Shown here: positions 39,669-54,708 of the stretch, one piece after another
How positions within the stretch are numbered: the stretch's first letter is position 1
Layout of the letters: the number at the start of each line of letters is the position of its first letter
NCBI RefSeq assembly: GCF_006345805.1
Contig: NC_043001.1
Location: 79,546,001 to 79,610,000 of the forward strand
Length of the DNA stretch: 64,000 nt
From: Octopus sinensis
Lineage: Eukaryota
Direction: 5' to 3'
The notes under the pieces: generated by a model
What the model saw: only the letters and a program-made list of their open reading frames with translations
Told to the model about the DNA's origin: nothing
The model's database searches: none
Position numbers and translations under genes: made by a program

Positions 39669-39839
39669 TGTATTTAATTCTCATTACGAAAGCGCTACAA
39701 ATATTTTCATGTTTTTATGATATTAGTAATTTGTATTAAATTGATATTTATTTCTCGATGGATACAATATATTTTTGTTATTCTAAGTATATTGGCTCCG
39801 TAAGCTATAAATAATTGTATATATGTGTCTGTGTGTATG

Positions 39840-39902
<63 letters not shown>

Positions 39903-39988
39903 GAGTGTGCATGTATGTATATTTTATGTATATATATATATGTATATATTATATATATATATATATGTATGTATATATTTTGTATATA

Positions 39989-40085
<97 letters not shown>

Positions 40086-40572
40086 TTTATGCATATGTAC
40101 ATGTGTGTGTGCGTGTGTATGTACATATCTGTGTTTGTGTGCGCGTGTAAAGGAGTGTGGCGTAGCGACTGGGGCGTTGCAGTCAGAATTCCAGGATCGT
40201 GCTTTCTATTCTTAAACAATTGATGAGTTCTGTTTTGGTGCAACAAAGTTCTTTTTACATTTATCCATTCCACACAGCTTTGATGTGAGTTTCCAACGGA
40301 CCTGTGATTTGCCTAGGAGAAAATTTCAGCTTGCCCTCATAGCATCCGAAAGTTATAACAATCCAGGAAACGCAGGTCTGCATAGCAGTCTTCGCAAAAA
40401 AATATTTAATTACTGGCGTAGACCTTTACAACTAAGCCTTACTGTGTGCGCTGTCCCAGCATAGCCGCAATCCAATTACAGAAGCACTTGATCGAAACAA
40501 AAGGAATTTTATGTATGTATGTATGTATGTATGTATGTATGTATGTATGTATGTATGTATGTATGTATCTAT

Positions 40573-40647
<75 letters not shown>

Positions 40648-40929
40648 GGAAGACAATTTTCCAAATCAATCAGGTGTAACCCTACACTGTTTTATGTATC
40701 TACATATCGCACTTTGGGGTCTTATCGTATATTTATATATTTATAAATATACAAAGTATCTGATGAAAGTCTATATTTGGGGGATTAATCGATATGCGGG
40801 TATTCAATTTCAGATAATACAAGAATAACCTGATGAGTATATCTGGCAGTAAACTCATGGTATCAGTTTGCACATCACAAAATAATACTTAATGTATATA
40901 ACCAAAACTACCAGATGGTTATATAATAT

Positions 40930-41188
40930 AAATAAATAATAAATGCGCCCTTTTAAAGCCTAGCCAGGTTCATGGGCCCTGTTTCCCGGTTTCTATGGTG
41001 TATGTGTTCCCCAGCTGGACGGGACGCCAGTCCATCGCAGCGTTATTCATTTTTGACAGCTGAGTGGACTGGAGCAACGTGAAATGATGTGTTTTGCTCA
41101 AGAACAGAACGCGTCGCCCGGTCCAGGTATCGAAACCACAATCTTACGATCATGATGCTGACACCCTAACCACTAAACCACGCGCCCC
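40930..41188 (-). mobile_element. tRNA-derived SINE, family D, well preserved
   Basis: Reverse complement: gcgtggtttagtggttaggg (A box), ggtttcgatacc (B box), cttgagcaaaacac...gttgctccagtccactcagctg core, ctgcgatggactggcgtcccgtccag tail. Confidence 0.9.
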
Positions 41189-41813
41189 CACTGGGTATAT
41201 AATATACTTCATTAATTATATCATACTTCAGTTAATACTTATATTTATTAAATATTAAGGAACTACATGTGTTTCAGTATTAGAAGATTGCAATATATAT
41301 ACATATACACAACTGTATACCTATATATATATACATATACATTTATAAATGCATATATGCAATCGTCAGAAATACAATTATTCCAACACATCTTCAGGTT
41401 CTATTTCAAAATACTATGTATCTAATTTTATATCTCTTTAAAAATAAGCAATACAATTAAGCAATAAAGATTAAAAATTACGAATTAAAAATTGAGAATA
41501 AAAATTATAATTTCTAATATTAAGAATTAAAATTTATAAATTATGTAGTATAAATTGTTTATAAATTTTAATTCTTATTGTATGTATATATATATATATA
41601 TGTATCCTCATATTTGCATATAAAGCGATAGAGTGGCGGACAGTGAGGGAGAAAAATGAATGCATACTTGCATGTACATAGACATATACAAAAGTACATG
41701 CATTAATATACATATATACATGTGTTTGTGCGTGCGTGTGTATATATATATATATATGTACAGATACATATACAGACAGAGTGATAGACAAATAGGTAGA
41801 TAGATAGATAGAT

Positions 41814-41911
<98 letters not shown>

Positions 41912-44729
41912 TGATAGATTGATAGATAGATGAATATATTACATACATGTGTGAAGTTACATCTACAAGAAAAAGTCTAACAAATTAATAGATATTCTTA
42001 CACGCAATATTTTCCTTATATTCGATACGGTTGTCAAATCAAATATTCATTATGAATTATTGTGATTTGGTGAGTCGTGAAAAACTGACTCATTCTTATA
42101 TACACAAAGATGACCACATATATAAATCCAATATAAATATGTTAATATATATATATAATATATATATAATATATATATATACGTACACACACACATGCAC
42201 ATGCTCGCAAACACACATATAGTGAGAGAGAGAGAGATACATTGATAGATAGATAAATAGATAGATGCGTGTCGGTGAATGAATGTATAGATTTATATCT
42301 ATATGTATATACAACAAATTGTACACAGGCATTTTGTATGAGGAGCATGTATCTGACCTCTTCAGTGCTCTTCAGATTAAAGGTTAATCCGTCAAGTCGC
42401 TGCCTAGCATGGTCACTGTCGAAACAAGTAAAAGAGAAGAGGTAAAAAATGACACCAAACTAAGTCTTTATGTTGCAGCCGTTTTATGAGTGAACGTTAG
42501 TATCCTGAGGGCAGCAACTTCGTTTCATGCATCAGTCTTTCGATTTTTCCCGTTCAATATATTTTGTTTAGTATTTTAGTTGAAATATAAATATCTATAT
42601 TTATTTATTTATTTATTTAATTATTTACTTGATGGATTTCAGCTTTAGCACAACGTCGGATAAAAGACTGTGGTATTTAGTTTCGTTTTTCTTTTGTCTT
42701 TTTTATACTTTGAGCCCAAATCAAACTTCGCCTTTCATCCTTGGGAGATCAATAAAATAAAAAAAGAATACGTATCGATCGCATTAAAGTACTAGGGTCG
42801 ATATAATCGACTATGCATCATCATAACACTGCCGAATGGGCGGAAGAAGCCAACATAGAAAAGAATATTGCATGTATCCATCAAGATTAATTTATTAAAC
42901 ATGTTATTGTGCAGCAGACCAAAGACGACATTTTAATTCAAAATCGCCATTTTGTTTTGTTGTTTTCAATATTAAGATATTTAATCAAATAAAATATGTA
43001 TCAATGTAACTAATACATGCAGTTAACAGAAGATATAAATATGTTATTATAAAGAAATGAAGTAACTAGAAATAAAGCTATATTTTGAGAGTATCATAAT
43101 AAGATTTCATTATTTGTATTAGATACTATCTTATTGAATTCCTGGCACACTAAAATGAGGAGTAAGTTTCAAAACAAAAATCGTCCTTGGTTTTCTTCTG
43201 AGAACGTGAAGTAGCGCCGAAAACCTATCGACTTTTTCAGCATAGGGCAGGAAAACCCAATTTACCCTTATTCTAATTTGACGATATTTTAAAAACATTA
43301 TTGGTAGATTTTGGTCTTAGTGGACATATGTTGAACGATCCTAAAATTACTCATTGAAGAATATTCCTTTTTCTATACTTTTAGAAATGGTATAGGCGCA
43401 GACATGTTGTGTGTTTAAGAAGCTTGCTTTGCAACGACGTGGTTTCGAGTCCAGTTCCAAAGCACAGTATATTGAGCAAGTATTTATTACTAGTTCTTGT
43501 ACAGCCTATTAAGCTTACCATCTAAAATCCGAAACTTTAAACAGACTGACCCCTAAAAAAACTTAAATCGAGCCGAAACAATGGAATAAAGAAGAGAAGC
43601 ATGCGCAGATTTTATGATATGGTATTAAAATAAAAACCACGTGGTTTGTAAGGAACATTTTAATTTCCTAGCTTGCAAACTATTCTTACAGTCAAAATCC
43701 GTTTCGTTATAATCGAAACTTAGAACAGCAAGAGCTAGAATATTTTGTCTCGGAGAATTCTTTTAAGGGAATTTCTACTCTGTTGTCGGCAGCTTATCTA
43801 CTTATAAACATTTTGCTGCGTTAGTCTCGTCTCCAAATCCTTCCTGTTAAAGATGAATTCAAATCTTGATACTAGGGCACCAATTTTTTGAGGGGAGGTG
43901 ATAGTTGGATACTTCGACCCCCGTGCTCAACTGCCACTTATATTATCAACCTCATAAAGATGAATGACAAAGTTGATTTCGGTTGACTCCTGGAATAGAT
44001 AATTCTGCATACTCTTCATATGTATTATAGAAGGTAGAGCTTTAAAATATCAGAGAGGTGTCCTTTAGTTTAAATGTTTTACAAACAATATATTTTAAGA
44101 AAGCTTTTTTTTAAAGTAATGCATCTGACTCAAACAATATTACTCATGTAACAACTCATTCGTCGTTTGGTGTTTGTTATTTATTTAAATCTATGTAAGT
44201 TATTTCGAAATATTTTTTCTTCCGCTACCATAGAGTTGGTTTGTATTACATATTACTATTCACGATCCACTAATGCATATAGTGACCATGCTTCGCTGTA
44301 CTCTTTAAAATAAATATGTGTTTACTTCCTTCACACCTTTGTATTACCTATATTACTAATGTATCTAGTCAACTTAATATATTCAGTCATACTTGAAAGC
44401 AGATAATGTTCATCGGTCGAAGCGACGAGAACCATCTAGTCATCTTAGATGACTTGCGCTCTGACTTCCTTTCAATTGAAGAAGAGTTTCGCACTATCAA
44501 CTTCACTCTCTCGTCTGTAACGATCTTCAATATAGTAGCAAGACTAGGACAAGGCGACTGGGGATGGAAACGGATGCACTGGATGACCATGATATCTTGC
44601 TCTCTGCACTACAGAATTCTTTGATGCAAGCACCTTCCCCTCCGTTAAACTATGAGGTTTCTTCCGCAGAGTGCGCCGGATCCAGTCTTCCCATGCATAG
44701 GTGGGCAAGCCTTAATATGCTAATTAATC

Positions 44730-44860
44730 CGTAGTTGGGACCATGACAGGTGCTACTACTCCGGGTCAGATTAGTCCTAGAAAAAATAGGGGCTAAAATG
44801 TGGTTCCACACTCATCAAAGCCCTGGAGCTTATGAAATAGAAGCAATTTAAAATCGTACA
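44730..44860 (+). mobile_element. Probable LINE (RTE-like) UTR remnant
   Basis: acaggtgctactactccgggtcagattagtcctag resembles a repeat I associate from memory with Octopus RTE-type LINEs; no coding motif seen. Confidence 0.35.
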
Positions 44861-45279
44861 GATGTTCTAAGTTATATCCAGCATGATAACTAATGAGAGA
44901 TAACCTGCTGCAGCATGCGGTAACCGCAAAGATTTTATTGATAGCATTCAATAAATTTAATAATTTCTGTCATTTTTTCTTGAAAGTCATTAAACGATCA
45001 GCCTAGTTCTCCTCTGATTCCATCATACATTAATGCTGAACGAAAAATTTTACGGTGAATATGCAAACTCATTTAAAAGATTTATGGAAATGCCAACAAC
45101 TCAACTGAGTGCCAAAAGAGACATTGTCTTAACAAAGCACTGGAGAGGAAAACGATAGTGACCAGTGTCTACTCCAAAATCCACGCTCGTTATTTCTCAA
45201 AAAGTTACTGTTTTTGAAACAAAAACCAAATTCTTAAAGAAATTGTCTCTTTCAGTATATTAATGTTGAAATCTATGGA

Positions 45280-45490
45280 AGGCGGCGAGCAGGCAGAATC
45301 GATAGCACGCTGGGTATTGCCGGTATTTCGTCTGTCTTCACGTTCTGCGTTCAAATACCGCGGGGTCGACTTTGCCATTCCTCCTTAAGGGATCGATAAA
45401 TCAAGTACCAGTTATGCACTGGGGTTAATGTAATCGACAGGCCCCAACACTAAAAATTTCTGTCCTTGTGCCTAAGAGTAGAAAAAAAAT
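45280..45490 (+). mobile_element. SINE family B
   Basis: aaggcggcgagcaggcagaatcgatagcacgc...gttctgcgttcaaataccgcggggtcgactttgcc. Confidence 0.88.
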
Positions 45491-46208
45491 GTTGAACTCT
45501 ACCAGGTGTAATTATACAACTTTATTAAACTCCAGACAATGTTTGAAGATCACTGGACATAAGTGTAAAAAGTATGGTCTGAAACTGAAAGAACATTGAA
45601 TCATTAGAAATTAAATTAGTTTTAAGAAAGCTCATAAATTCAACTACATATGTTCAATAGTATTTATGTGACAGAGCGAATAATTACTAAAGCTTAAAAA
45701 ATATCTTCGTATTTCATTGGCTAAGAGATTTTCATTGTCTTGTTGCATGCTAATGTTACAAATCTATGTTGGATCAATGTCAGATAATCCATGTTGGCGT
45801 TGCCATGGTTTGATCTGGGATGTTATTACAAGAGATCCACGTGCATGGATGAAAAAAAATCGTTCGGGTCAATTTTCATGGCACTGTAACTGCTGTAATT
45901 TTTTTTACTAATACAAATGTAGGCACTCATACACGCTAACAGCCAAACTGCCACATACATATATGCGTATGTGTGTGCATACATAAACATATGCGTATAT
46001 ATATATATATATACATTAATAGATATAAATATTTATATACATATATGCTTGCATTACATTGACGCAGAACTGACAAGCTCTCACTCTTTCTCTCTCTCAC
46101 ACACACACGCACTCACACAAACATGCATTAACATATATATACTTCAGACACACATATATATATATATATATATACATGGAGCATACATAAATACACACAC
46201 ACACGCAC

Positions 46209-46269
<61 letters not shown>

Positions 46270-46796
46270 GAGAGAGGGGTATAGGCAGATAGATAGATAG
46301 ATGATATATATATGTTATGTATGTAAGTATATATATATGTGTGTGTGTGTTTGTCTGTGTGTGTGCGTGTATATATGTACATATACATACATCCAAATAT
46401 GCATACATACATACACACGCACACACACACACACACGCACACACACACGCACACCACACACGCACACACATACACACACACACCTACACACATATATATA
46501 TAATATATACATACATATATATATATATTATATATATATATTATATATATATATATGCACTTATACATAACTTAAGCCGAATAATTAGATAATTAGATGG
46601 ACACGAACAATCTGGACAGCAATCTGCCATAAAACAGAATAAAATATCAGGAATAAGTTTATTGCTATTAGAAAACCCTGAGTAAATGGGGCAATAAAGG
46701 ATTAGCTTTCTGCACAACGTTGCCGATGGGAGATATCTTTTCGGTATTTTCAACAATAAGATATAAACGCGAAAAAAAAAAACAAAAAAAAACTTA

Positions 46797-46894
46797 TTAA
46801 GGCAAAGTATTTATAACGATGAGATATCTATGGCTAGAGAAAAGAAAGTGACCTTTTTTTTCCCCTCGCTCAAACATATTCCTTTCCTAAGCTT

Positions 46895-46943
<49 letters not shown>

Positions 46944-46970
46944 GTATGTATGTTTGTATGAATATATATA

Positions 46971-47029
<59 letters not shown>

Positions 47030-47130
47030 GATATCAAAGCTTTGAAAGAGAGTATGCTGAGCGAGCGAGAAAAAAAGTTACTTTTTTCTCTAGCCATAGA
47101 TATCTCATCGTTATAAATACTTTGCTTTAA
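46797..47130. mobile_element. Foldback element with ~100 bp arms around a (TA)n core, TTAA at both ends (Kolobok-like non-autonomous)
   Basis: TTAA(46797-800)ggcaaagtatttataacgatgagatatctatggctagagaaaa... and ...ttttctctagccatagatatctcatcgttataaatactttgctTTAA(47127-30). Termini are GG...CT (RR..YY). Confidence 0.75.
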
Positions 47131-47152
47131 TACTCATATATATGTGTATATA

Positions 47153-47194
<42 letters not shown>

Positions 47195-47395
47195 ATATAT
47201 ATATATATATGTATGTATATATATATATATGTATGTATGTATGTATATATATATATATTATATATACATATATATATACAGACATATATATACATATATG
47301 TATATAAGTAAATATATATGCGTACATATATATGCATATATATACATATATACACCATATATTACATAGACATATATATGTAATATGATATATGT

Positions 47396-47426
<31 letters not shown>

Positions 47427-49760
47427 CATATACATAGAGAAGCATACAGATATAGTAAATAATGTACAGATGATATATAGTAGCACACACACGAGCACGA
47501 ACACACACAAACATATTCGTGTGCACAGATACACGCGTGCACGCACACACACACATACCCACACGGACACAGTCGCACAGATTGGAGCAAAAAGCAAACA
47601 TATTGGTGGGTATGTGTGTATATTTTCGTTATAGTGTCTGTATATATTTGCCTTTGTGTTGTTAGAAAGAAAGAGCGAGAGAACATTTTAGAGAGTGAGA
47701 TAGGGTAGAGTTAGAGGTGCCCTTAGATACGAAATGATGAGGTAAAGGAAGTATATATCGCAGAATAGGATGCTGAATTAAGCATTTCCATATATGGACT
47801 GATATCAAAAACCATAGTAACAATTCCTAGTGTTGTTGGATGATAAGGAAGAGATATTGGAGAAAGCAGATAGTAAGGACATTACCATTGTTATTGGTCG
47901 CTGTGACCAGTCAAATAAGCATAATGTTTAGTATCATTTATGTTGCACATTACATATTACTATACAAGCCATATTGTTTTCAATACTTGATCAAGTTTAT
48001 ATGGTTTTTCATTTCACCGTGTGGGAGAAAAAATGAAAATGCGCGTCAAGTACTTCAATTTTGGTAAATGGCTTATATATTATGGTAAAGAGGTCGATTA
48101 TATTAATGAGATATGAAGACCTATCGATACTATATGGGGATTTGTTATGTCGCTATACATTCCAGAATCGTGCCTGAGCGAGGCTCAACTTCGTTTTAAA
48201 AATCGGTTGTCGCAAATATTGTGGTGTCCAAAAGTGCATTCGCTTTTTACTTACGTTCTTTTTTTTCTCCGTTCTGAGATCAAATTTTGTCGAAATCGTC
48301 CTTTATTTCAATCATTCTTGGAGCTATAAAATCGCATCCTTCGGTTTGCAAACCCTTGCTTCAATACTTCTCTGTTTCTTCACAATGAAGCACTATGAGT
48401 GGTTGCATGCAAACCTTCTTACGGTGCTTCTTTAATGTTTCTATGTAAGATATAGAGATAAAGAAAGACAAAAAATAAAATCTATTACTGGATTGACACT
48501 TCAGTTATCGACCTCGGTAGGATGATATACAAAGCCGGTATCAGCAAAATTTGGACGCGGAACGCAGATTAAGGGGACAAATAACCCGAGGTTTTAATCC
48601 TAACCCCCTAACAGCCCTACTAATTTTCCTCCTATACATTATATTACTGAGCTCACCAAAATCTGTGGCAAATAAATGAATATTTCATGGTTTATTGTCC
48701 TCTTCTTGTTAAGAACACGGGTCAAATGCTACCTTGAGTCAGTAGAACTAATCAGGAAGTAACTAAAGTACTACAAATTGGACATATTTTAGATATTATA
48801 CTTGTCTACTGACGATGCTGCTGTATTCGTTCTCCAAATGCAGGCGTTAATGTCTCATTAGGCGGTGAAGGAGTTCTGTTGGTGTTTCGGCTCCTTTTAC
48901 ATTGGTATAATGTAGAGTTGACGACTACATGCAAACACTTACTACAGTATGAACACATACACGAATTCAATGTCAGATTTCGTTTTATTTTTCCACAAGA
49001 GTTCAATAATTCTTTTAAGTAACATTTTAAAGATATCCGTATTTCAACATAGTTATTTCTAATGGCATAGTAGAAAAGAAAATTTCACAGCAGTGGTGGC
49101 AGTACTTAACATAAACAAAATAGAGTGATACAAATTTGTGTATAAAATATTAGCTAAATCTGTACTTCATCCATACGGAGATCAATATAGTAAATACTAA
49201 GTGATGCCATCAATATAATCGATTGAACTTCACTCACAATGATGTTAGGTTTTATGCCTATGTTCGATATCATTCATTTTTATTAGCTTTATCGAAATTT
49301 ATTAAAAGATGTTTGAACGCTTTTTTTATTTTATCGAATATTTTCCCAGGAATATGCCCATATCCATGACGTGAGTGTGTGTGCTTGTGTATGCGTGTGC
49401 GTGCGTGCGCGCTTGTACTTGCGTGTCCGTGACTGTGTGTACGTGTGTATATATGTGTCAGCCAATCAACATATTTTGTACTCAGCTTGAATGTAGTTCC
49501 TCTTCATTTTAATATAAAAATCTTCCGTTCAAATGCGTCTTTAGCCTGTGACAACTTGAGATCAAAACGAGATGTACGCAGCCTTCCGATCATATTACTT
49601 TTTTGAAATATTATTCCATTATGGTGCCCGAACAAAGAGCTAACTTCTACTAAAGAAAACTTAGTCACCTGTTTGCGTTTAACTAAGCCAATTAAAAATA
49701 ACGCTCTATTTTATGGGTATTAAGTACTGTTATATTAGCGGGTAGCCAGAGCTATGCAGC

Positions 49761-49988
49761 GGAGTTGCGTGGTTTAGTGATTAGGGTGTTGGACTCATGA
49801 CCGTAAGATTCTGGTTTCCATTCCTGAACTGGGTAACGCGTTGTGTTCTTGAGCAAAACATTTTATTTCACGTTGCTCCAGTCCGGTCAACAGGTAAAAC
49901 TTAGTAACCCGTCCAAGTGGGGAATATATATGCCATAAAACTAGGAAACCGGTCTTTATGACTAGAGAAGGTAACTTTACCTTACCTT
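49761..49988 (+). mobile_element. SINE family D
   Basis: gcgtggtttagtgattagggtg...cttgagcaaaaca...cacgttgctccagtcc...ccgtccaag...ggaaaccgg. Confidence 0.85.
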
Positions 49989-50879
49989 AAATGATATATA
50001 AGTCGTGTTGAACTAAGGATTGCCTATCTATGTTTGTGAAAAACGAATCCGGCGAACACTTGCAGTGAAAAACATTCATAGTTCAAAGAAGAGAAAAGCG
50101 GCTACAGCATTGCATATGGGAATACATAGAGCAAGTTAAGGCAAGCAAAACACCTCGTCTTGACATGATTCTGCTACCGGATTGAATATGGTCACGGACA
50201 AGATAGTGAGATTCGCGATGGAAACATGTTCATGTATAGCCGAAGGACAGCTCTGTATCAACAGAGCTTGAAGCAACGGAATTCCGGTCGTTGATTTTTT
50301 TTTCGTTTTCTGAGTACCTGATTTGACAAATTTTCCCTTCCTTATATTTTAGAACATTTAGGGTAGGATATGGATATGAGGGAGATTGATATTTACTTCT
50401 GGCAGTAAGTGTGACCGATAGAGAAATGTCTCTAAACCATCAGATCTATGATCAAAGGCGATCCGGCCGTTACTCGAGGGCTCTGTTGACTACTTAGTAC
50501 TTCCTAATTGTATCAATACATATAAGTTGGGATATGAAGGTGTTGGGCTTTTATTTCTAGCAAGACGAGCGACGCAGAAATATTTTCTAGAAGACTCATA
50601 CTTACGATTCTTTCACATTTATTCTGGTTTCAGTTCGACACAAACACACACACTCACACACTCACACATACACATGTGTGAAGATAACATACACACACAC
50701 ATACACACACACATATACACACTTATACACGTACATTATTTCTTCATGTTACTTGCTGGTTATTTTATTTTCAATAAAACATGATTGCATGATTTCCAAA
50801 GGATTCTCAATATATTTACATATTTCCATTTCTTCGTAGCACATCATGTAATGCAAGCCAACCCAAAATCAAACGCTCA

Positions 50880-50926
<47 letters not shown>

Positions 50927-51539
50927 GCACACACACAAACACATATGCACATACGCGCACTTACACACGCCTACGTTCTCCATCACAATTACATTCACAC
51001 TCACACAATCTTGAGCACATATACACACATTCACAAAGTCATGCCGTTTTTCACTGTCTTCTTACACTTCTACAATCTTTGTCTTCCACTGTCCAATTGA
51101 TTTCATCATTTGCCAAGTCACGCCAACACATACAGATACTTTATATCTATATGCGCGCGCATTTATACGTGATTATACACATCGATGTTGCTTATGTCTT
51201 ATTCTCTCTCTTATAAAATTACACGTTTACTTATTTATACACTTTTATACATGCACGCACAGTTACATGCAAACCTATCTACTTGTCTGTCATTTTCCCC
51301 ATCTATTTACTTATTTATGTATCTATCAACCTACCTATCTGCCTTCTCACCTACCTACAGATATATATATATATATATTATATATATATATATATTATAT
51401 ATATATATATCTTTATATAACACCATATCCTCTCACTCTCTCTCTCTCGTTTTCTCTCTGTATACATATGTATATAATTATACACGCGCACGTGTGTGTG
51501 TGTGTGTACGTACTATATATCTTCTACATTCTGTTCATC

Positions 51540-52050
51540 GTGGTTCTAGTTTCACACCTCTGCAATCTTCAGGCGACTGCTTTATTTAGTATTTTCACCT
51601 AATTTTTATATTTTATATTTGGGTTGTTTCTGCTATTTATGGCTATCAAGCTTTTTCTATCATTTCATTCTGACTAAATATCATTTTGCTACCATGGAGA
51701 GATTTTATTGTTGTTCTGCATGGCAATTCGTTTTGACTGTATTTGTTGATTTTGCTATTAAATCCGGACTCTCGAGATTATTTATTTGTTTTCTATTATT
51801 AAATCGTAAACGTTTTATTATTGTTGTATTATCGCTTTTCATTATTATATCCGCCTTCACTAAATTTGCTGACTTTTTTATCGACTTTGAAAAAAGTCTG
51901 TTTGATGTTGCTTGAACAATTTTTTTCACTGGAAGCACTCCCCCCCCCCCACAGCACCAAAATTATAGATATTTTACATACGGATACTCCAAATTATGCA
52001 CAAATCTGAGCATCACCCTAAATCTCACTTATAATTACACATAGAGGAAT
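51540..52050 (-). mobile_element. Highly degenerate PLE relic (YRDDGL-type lineage) ending in a hammerhead-like motif
   Basis: Weak peptides DAQIC..FGV and NTVK; the minus strand reads gcCTGAAGAttgcagaggtgtGAAACtag at ~51574-51547. Confidence 0.35.
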
Positions 52051-52137
52051 ACAAATTGTAACTGTATGAAAAATAGCACCTACCCTTTAAACATTAAATG
52101 CCTAGTTAATCATATCTGTGGAATCTGTCGGTATAAA

Positions 52138-52518
52138 GTAGCCATGGCTGTGTGGTTCGTGGCTTGCTTACAAACCACATGGTTCCGGGTTCAGTCACAC
52201 TGCGTGGCATCTTGGGCAAGTGTCTTCTACTATAGGCGCGGGTGAGTGTATTTGGTAGACGGAAACTGAAAGAAGCCCGTCATATATATGTGTGTGTGTG
52301 TATGTTTTTGTGTCTGTATTTGTCCCTCTAGCATTGCTTGACAACCGATGCTGGTGTGTTTACGTCCCCGTCACTTAGCGGTTCGGTAAAAGACCCCGAT
52401 TGAATAAGTGCTGGGCTTACAAAGAACAAGTTCCGGGGTCGATTTGCTCGACTAAAGACGGTGCTCCAGCATGGCTGCAGTTAAATGACTGAAACAAGTA
52501 AAAGAGTAAAAGAGTAAA
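52138..52518 (+). mobile_element. SINE family A, full length
   Basis: Head, internal (TG)n, ttgacaaccgatgctggtgtgtttacgtccccgt body and gaaacaagtaaaagagtaaaagagta tail. Confidence 0.9.
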
Positions 52519-52944
52519 GTATGTTAAAGCAACGACATGACACAATATTTTCGCAAACGAGATAATCAGTAAACACAGGTCTGTGACCGAAACCAAGTGC
52601 TCAGGATCTTACATAAAGCAGCTAGTGTATAAGGTATGAAAGTAAAAATAACAGACAAAAAAATAACAGTATACAATAACGTAACGTATAACAAATATTT
52701 ACGTCATATACTTTACATAACAAAGACCAACACTGCCGGCTAGTTTTCAGTCATTATACAAGATAAAAATAACGTAGATTTTCAGATCCTAGTCACAGAA
52801 ACGTCTTTATATTCCACATTCAATTCCCTTTGACTTAATGACTGAAATGCAGCAAGCACTTACGACATGGCAATATTTAAATGTTACCAACACAGGTTTC
52901 CATAAGTAAAGATTATTTCTTTGGGTTTTTTTTAAATTATACAA

Positions 52945-53127
52945 GCTTGACAACCGATGCTGGTGTGTTTATGTCCCCGTCACTTAGCGGTTCGGCAAAA
53001 AGAGACCGATAGAATAAGTACTGGGCTTACAAAAGAATAAGTCCCGGGGTCGAGTTGCTCGATTGAAGGCGGTGCTCCAGCATGGCCGCAGTCAAATGAC
53101 TGAAACAAGTAAAAGAGTAAAGAGTAA
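52945..53127 (+). mobile_element. SINE family A, 3' half, little diverged
   Basis: gcttgacaaccgatgctggtg...ggcggtgctccagcatggccgcagtcaaatgactgaaacaagtaaaagagtaaagagta. Confidence 0.9.
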
Positions 53128-53506
53128 AACAATATTGCAAAATACATAACAATTACAAATACTTATTGTTTACGATGTAAATCTCTTGAAAACTTGAATG
53201 TCCATAAACATTTGATTTTTCGGAGCATGTTATATTACCAAACAATTTCCTCTTCGGTATTCATTTTCTTTTAAAATTCAATCTCCTTTATTTTCGAAGA
53301 CCCTTGAAAAGCAAAAACAATATATCGAAACCGGTATGGTATCTCCAAAAATTTGTAAATATATTAAAGACTACAATTCATAATTAAAACTCACTTGCAT
53401 TTTTACACCCAAAGTCAATTATGTTCCTCTTATCTACTTATACAGGTAGAAGTAAACCTCACATGGCAATACACACACACAGACACACACACACACACAC
53501 ACACAT

Positions 53507-53566
<60 letters not shown>

Positions 53567-53673
53567 ATGTATAGAAGAATATATGTGTGTGTATATCTAT
53601 GTATGCGTGCATATACTACTACTTGGTAGTATATTATGAATGCAAAACGGAATACGGTGTCACTACGAGCAAG

Positions 53674-53740
<67 letters not shown>

Positions 53741-53808
53741 GATAGATAGATATATGTATATATATATATGTATGTGTATATAATGTATGTATATATATAT
53801 ATATATGT

Positions 53809-53845
<37 letters not shown>

Positions 53846-53974
53846 ATATATATATAGATATATATATATATATAGATAGATAGATAGATAGATAGATAAA
53901 ATATATATAGATATATAATACATATATGCATACTTACATAGATAGTATGTATATATACACATACAAGTATACAA

Positions 53975-54019
<45 letters not shown>

Positions 54020-54412
54020 GTGTGTGTGTGTGTGTGTGTGTTTGTGTGTGTGTGTTTGTGCGTGTGTATGTGAGCGTGTTTATTAGGAGGTGAATACATT
54101 CAAAGCTGAATTAGTACCTAAAATCGGATCCGAGCTTAAAAGGAATTTCTTTCGCAAGGATTTTGTAGCTGCCCCAATGAGAACTGTCGATAGCCTTTCA
54201 CTGTAGGAATAAAATTATTCTACCTAACAAACTTTGTTACATTAATACTACGAAAATACATCGCAACTATTAGGGTCATACCTCAATGCAACGTTTTCTG
54301 ACAACCTGAGATTTACAATCCTTTAAGCATTTGTCTTTTTCTCTGTAAGCAATAAGCACCTAAATATGGCATGCCAATACCTGTTGTTTGCCTCTCTTTC
54401 ATTTCATTAGAC

Positions 54413-54447
<35 letters not shown>

Positions 54448-54448
54448 A

Positions 54449-54485
<37 letters not shown>

Positions 54486-54623
54486 ATTATTCAAATTATA
54501 ATAATGAAGGTTAAAATCGTTAAAAATTTTATCACTGGCCAGTATATAAAAATAGACCTAGGTGAAAACATATGTAATATATGTGTGTATATAAATATAT
54601 ATGTATATATATAAATATATATG

Positions 54624-54699
<76 letters not shown>

Positions 54700-54708
<9 letters not shown>

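Noticed and set aside
40755-40845. Two CTGATGA motifs 70 bp apart (hammerhead or C/D snoRNA?)
   Set aside because: No GAAA box after a credible stem II, and no terminal stem or purine before the C box for a snoRNA.
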